DNA of 64,000 nucleotides from an uncultured Thiomicrospira sp. (GTDB lineage Bacteria; Pseudomonadota; Gammaproteobacteria; CAKMZV01): NCBI GenBank assembly GCA_965195345.1, contig OZ239628.1, positions 1,248,001 to 1,312,000 of the forward strand, read 5' to 3'. Shown piece by piece: positions 62,797 to 64,000 of this stretch (position 1 is its first letter; each line of letters starts with the position of its first letter). The notes under the pieces were generated by a model. It saw only the letters and a program-made list of their open reading frames with translations, ran no database searches and was not told where the DNA came from. The position numbers and the translations under genes were made by a program.

Positions 62797-64000
62797 TCAC
62801 TGCCAACCACTATTGGGGTTTGGCAAAGGTTCTTGCTCATCATCGAACTCTTCGTCCTTTGCTGTGTCCGTCGCTTCAGGCGTATTTTCTGCGTCAATAT
62901 CGTCCTTAGAATCTTCCTCTTCCTGCATATCCCAGCCTGAAGGTGGAGTAATCTCTTCCCCCTCCATGATTTGCTTCACTTGTAATGCTTCAATGGTTTC
63001 ATATTCTAATAACGCTTTACTCATTGTATGGAGCTGATCTTCATGCTTTTTAAGTATAGCTTCGGCTTCAGCATAGCACTCGTCAATTATTTTTCGGATT
63101 TCTAAATCTATTTTATGCAATGTCTCATCCGACGCGTGTGCTTGAGAACCACCACGCCCCATTGTTCTCCCCAAGAAAGGATCATCATCTTCAACGTCAT
63201 AAAGCAATGGACCGAGTGAAGACAAACCCCACTTTGTCACCATACTGCGTGCAATTTGCGTGGCTCGTTGAATGTCATTGGATGCACCAGTTGTAACAAA
63301 ATCAGCACCAAAAACCATTTCTTCAGCAATACGTCCACCAAAAATTGATGTTAATTGACCTAATAAATAGCTCTTTGTATGACTATAGCGATCTTGTTCA
63401 GGCAAATACATAGTAACACCAAGTGCGCGCCCACGTGGAATAATACTTACTTTGTACACAGGGTCATGTTCGGGTAAAAGATAACCTATGATTGCATGGC
63501 CTGCTTCATGATAGGCAGTTAGGTTGCGTTCTTTCTCGCTCATGACCATGCTTTTACGCTCAACCCCCATAATGACTTTATCCTTAGCCAGATCAAACTC
63601 ACGCATACTCACGATCTTACGATTGTATCGAGCAGCGATTAGTGACGCTTCGTTGACCAAATTAGCCAAGTCAGCTCCTGAAAATCCAGGAGTACCACGT
63701 GCAATAAATTCTGGTTTTACATCATCTGCGGTCGGCACTGGACGCATGTGAACTTTAACGATTTGCTCGCGCCCTTTCAAATCAGGCAAAGGTACGACTA
63801 CTTGACGATCAAAGCGACCCGGTCTCAACAATGCAGGGTCAAGCACGTCAGGACGATTGGTTGCTGCAATAACAATTACACCTTCATTTCCTTCAAAACC
63901 GTCCATTTCAACAAGCATTTGATTCAATGTTTGTTCTCGCTCGTCGTTTCCGCCGCCCATTCCAGCCCCTCTATGACGACCAACAGCGTCAATTTCATCA
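62797..64000 (-). CDS. ftsH: ATP-dependent zinc metalloprotease FtsH (5' part outside window)
   Basis: [43 protein letters not shown]. Confidence 0.97.
   Translation of the reverse strand, partial: DEIDAVGRHRGAGMGGGNDEREQTLNQMLVEMDGFEGNEGVIVIAATNRPDVLDPALLRPGRFDRQVVVPLPDLKGREQIVKVHMRPVPTADDVKPEFIARGTPGFSGADLANLVNEASLIAARYNRKIVSMREFDLAKDKVIMGVERKSMVMSEKERNLTAYHEAGHAIIGYLLPEHDPVYKVSIIPRGRALGVTMYLPEQDRYSHTKSYLLGQLTSIFGGRIAEEMVFGADFVTTGASNDIQRATQIARSMVTKWGLSSLGPLLYDVEDDDPFLGRTMGRGGSQAHASDETLHKIDLEIRKIIDECYAEAEAILKKHEDQLHTMSKALLEYETIEALQVKQIMEGEEITPPSGWDMQEEEDSKDDIDAENTPEATDTAKDEEFDDEQEPLPNPNSGWQ

Overview
AT-rich gammaproteobacterial chromosome segment. Most of it is housekeeping: gcvTHP; parC...parE-pepP-ubiH-ubiI-like; hda, modABC, murB, a mevalonate-kinase-like GHMP kinase, hom, asd; gyrA-serC-serA-pheA-hisC-tyrA-leuB with an M23 peptidase/bactofilin pair; coaE, glnE, partial ftsH. 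A ~17 kb accessory region lies between the converging 3' ends of tRNA-Ser(GGA) (40795-40882) and tRNA-Asn(GTT) (58081-58156). It holds (i) a decayed tRNA-Ser-integrated element, bounded by a 19-bp att repeat, with an intact Zorya type II-like operon plus integrase, hsdS/hsdR and archaeal-type AdoMet synthetase remnants; (ii) an intact three-gene operon: C5 DNA methyltransferase, MORC-type GHKL ATPase fused to a histidine kinase, and a receiver domain fused to a HEPN-like RxxxxH domain, with no recognisable restriction endonuclease (best candidate for an undescribed defence system); (iii) four orphan Rhs-like toxin-tip cassettes, one with a PLA2-like toxin; (iv) a DEAD-box helicase and a tandem SnoaL protein. 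In the core region, a membrane protein with an orphan FliG-like domain next to a Sel1/SPOR-like protein is also unusual. All calls come from reading motifs by eye; no database search was run.
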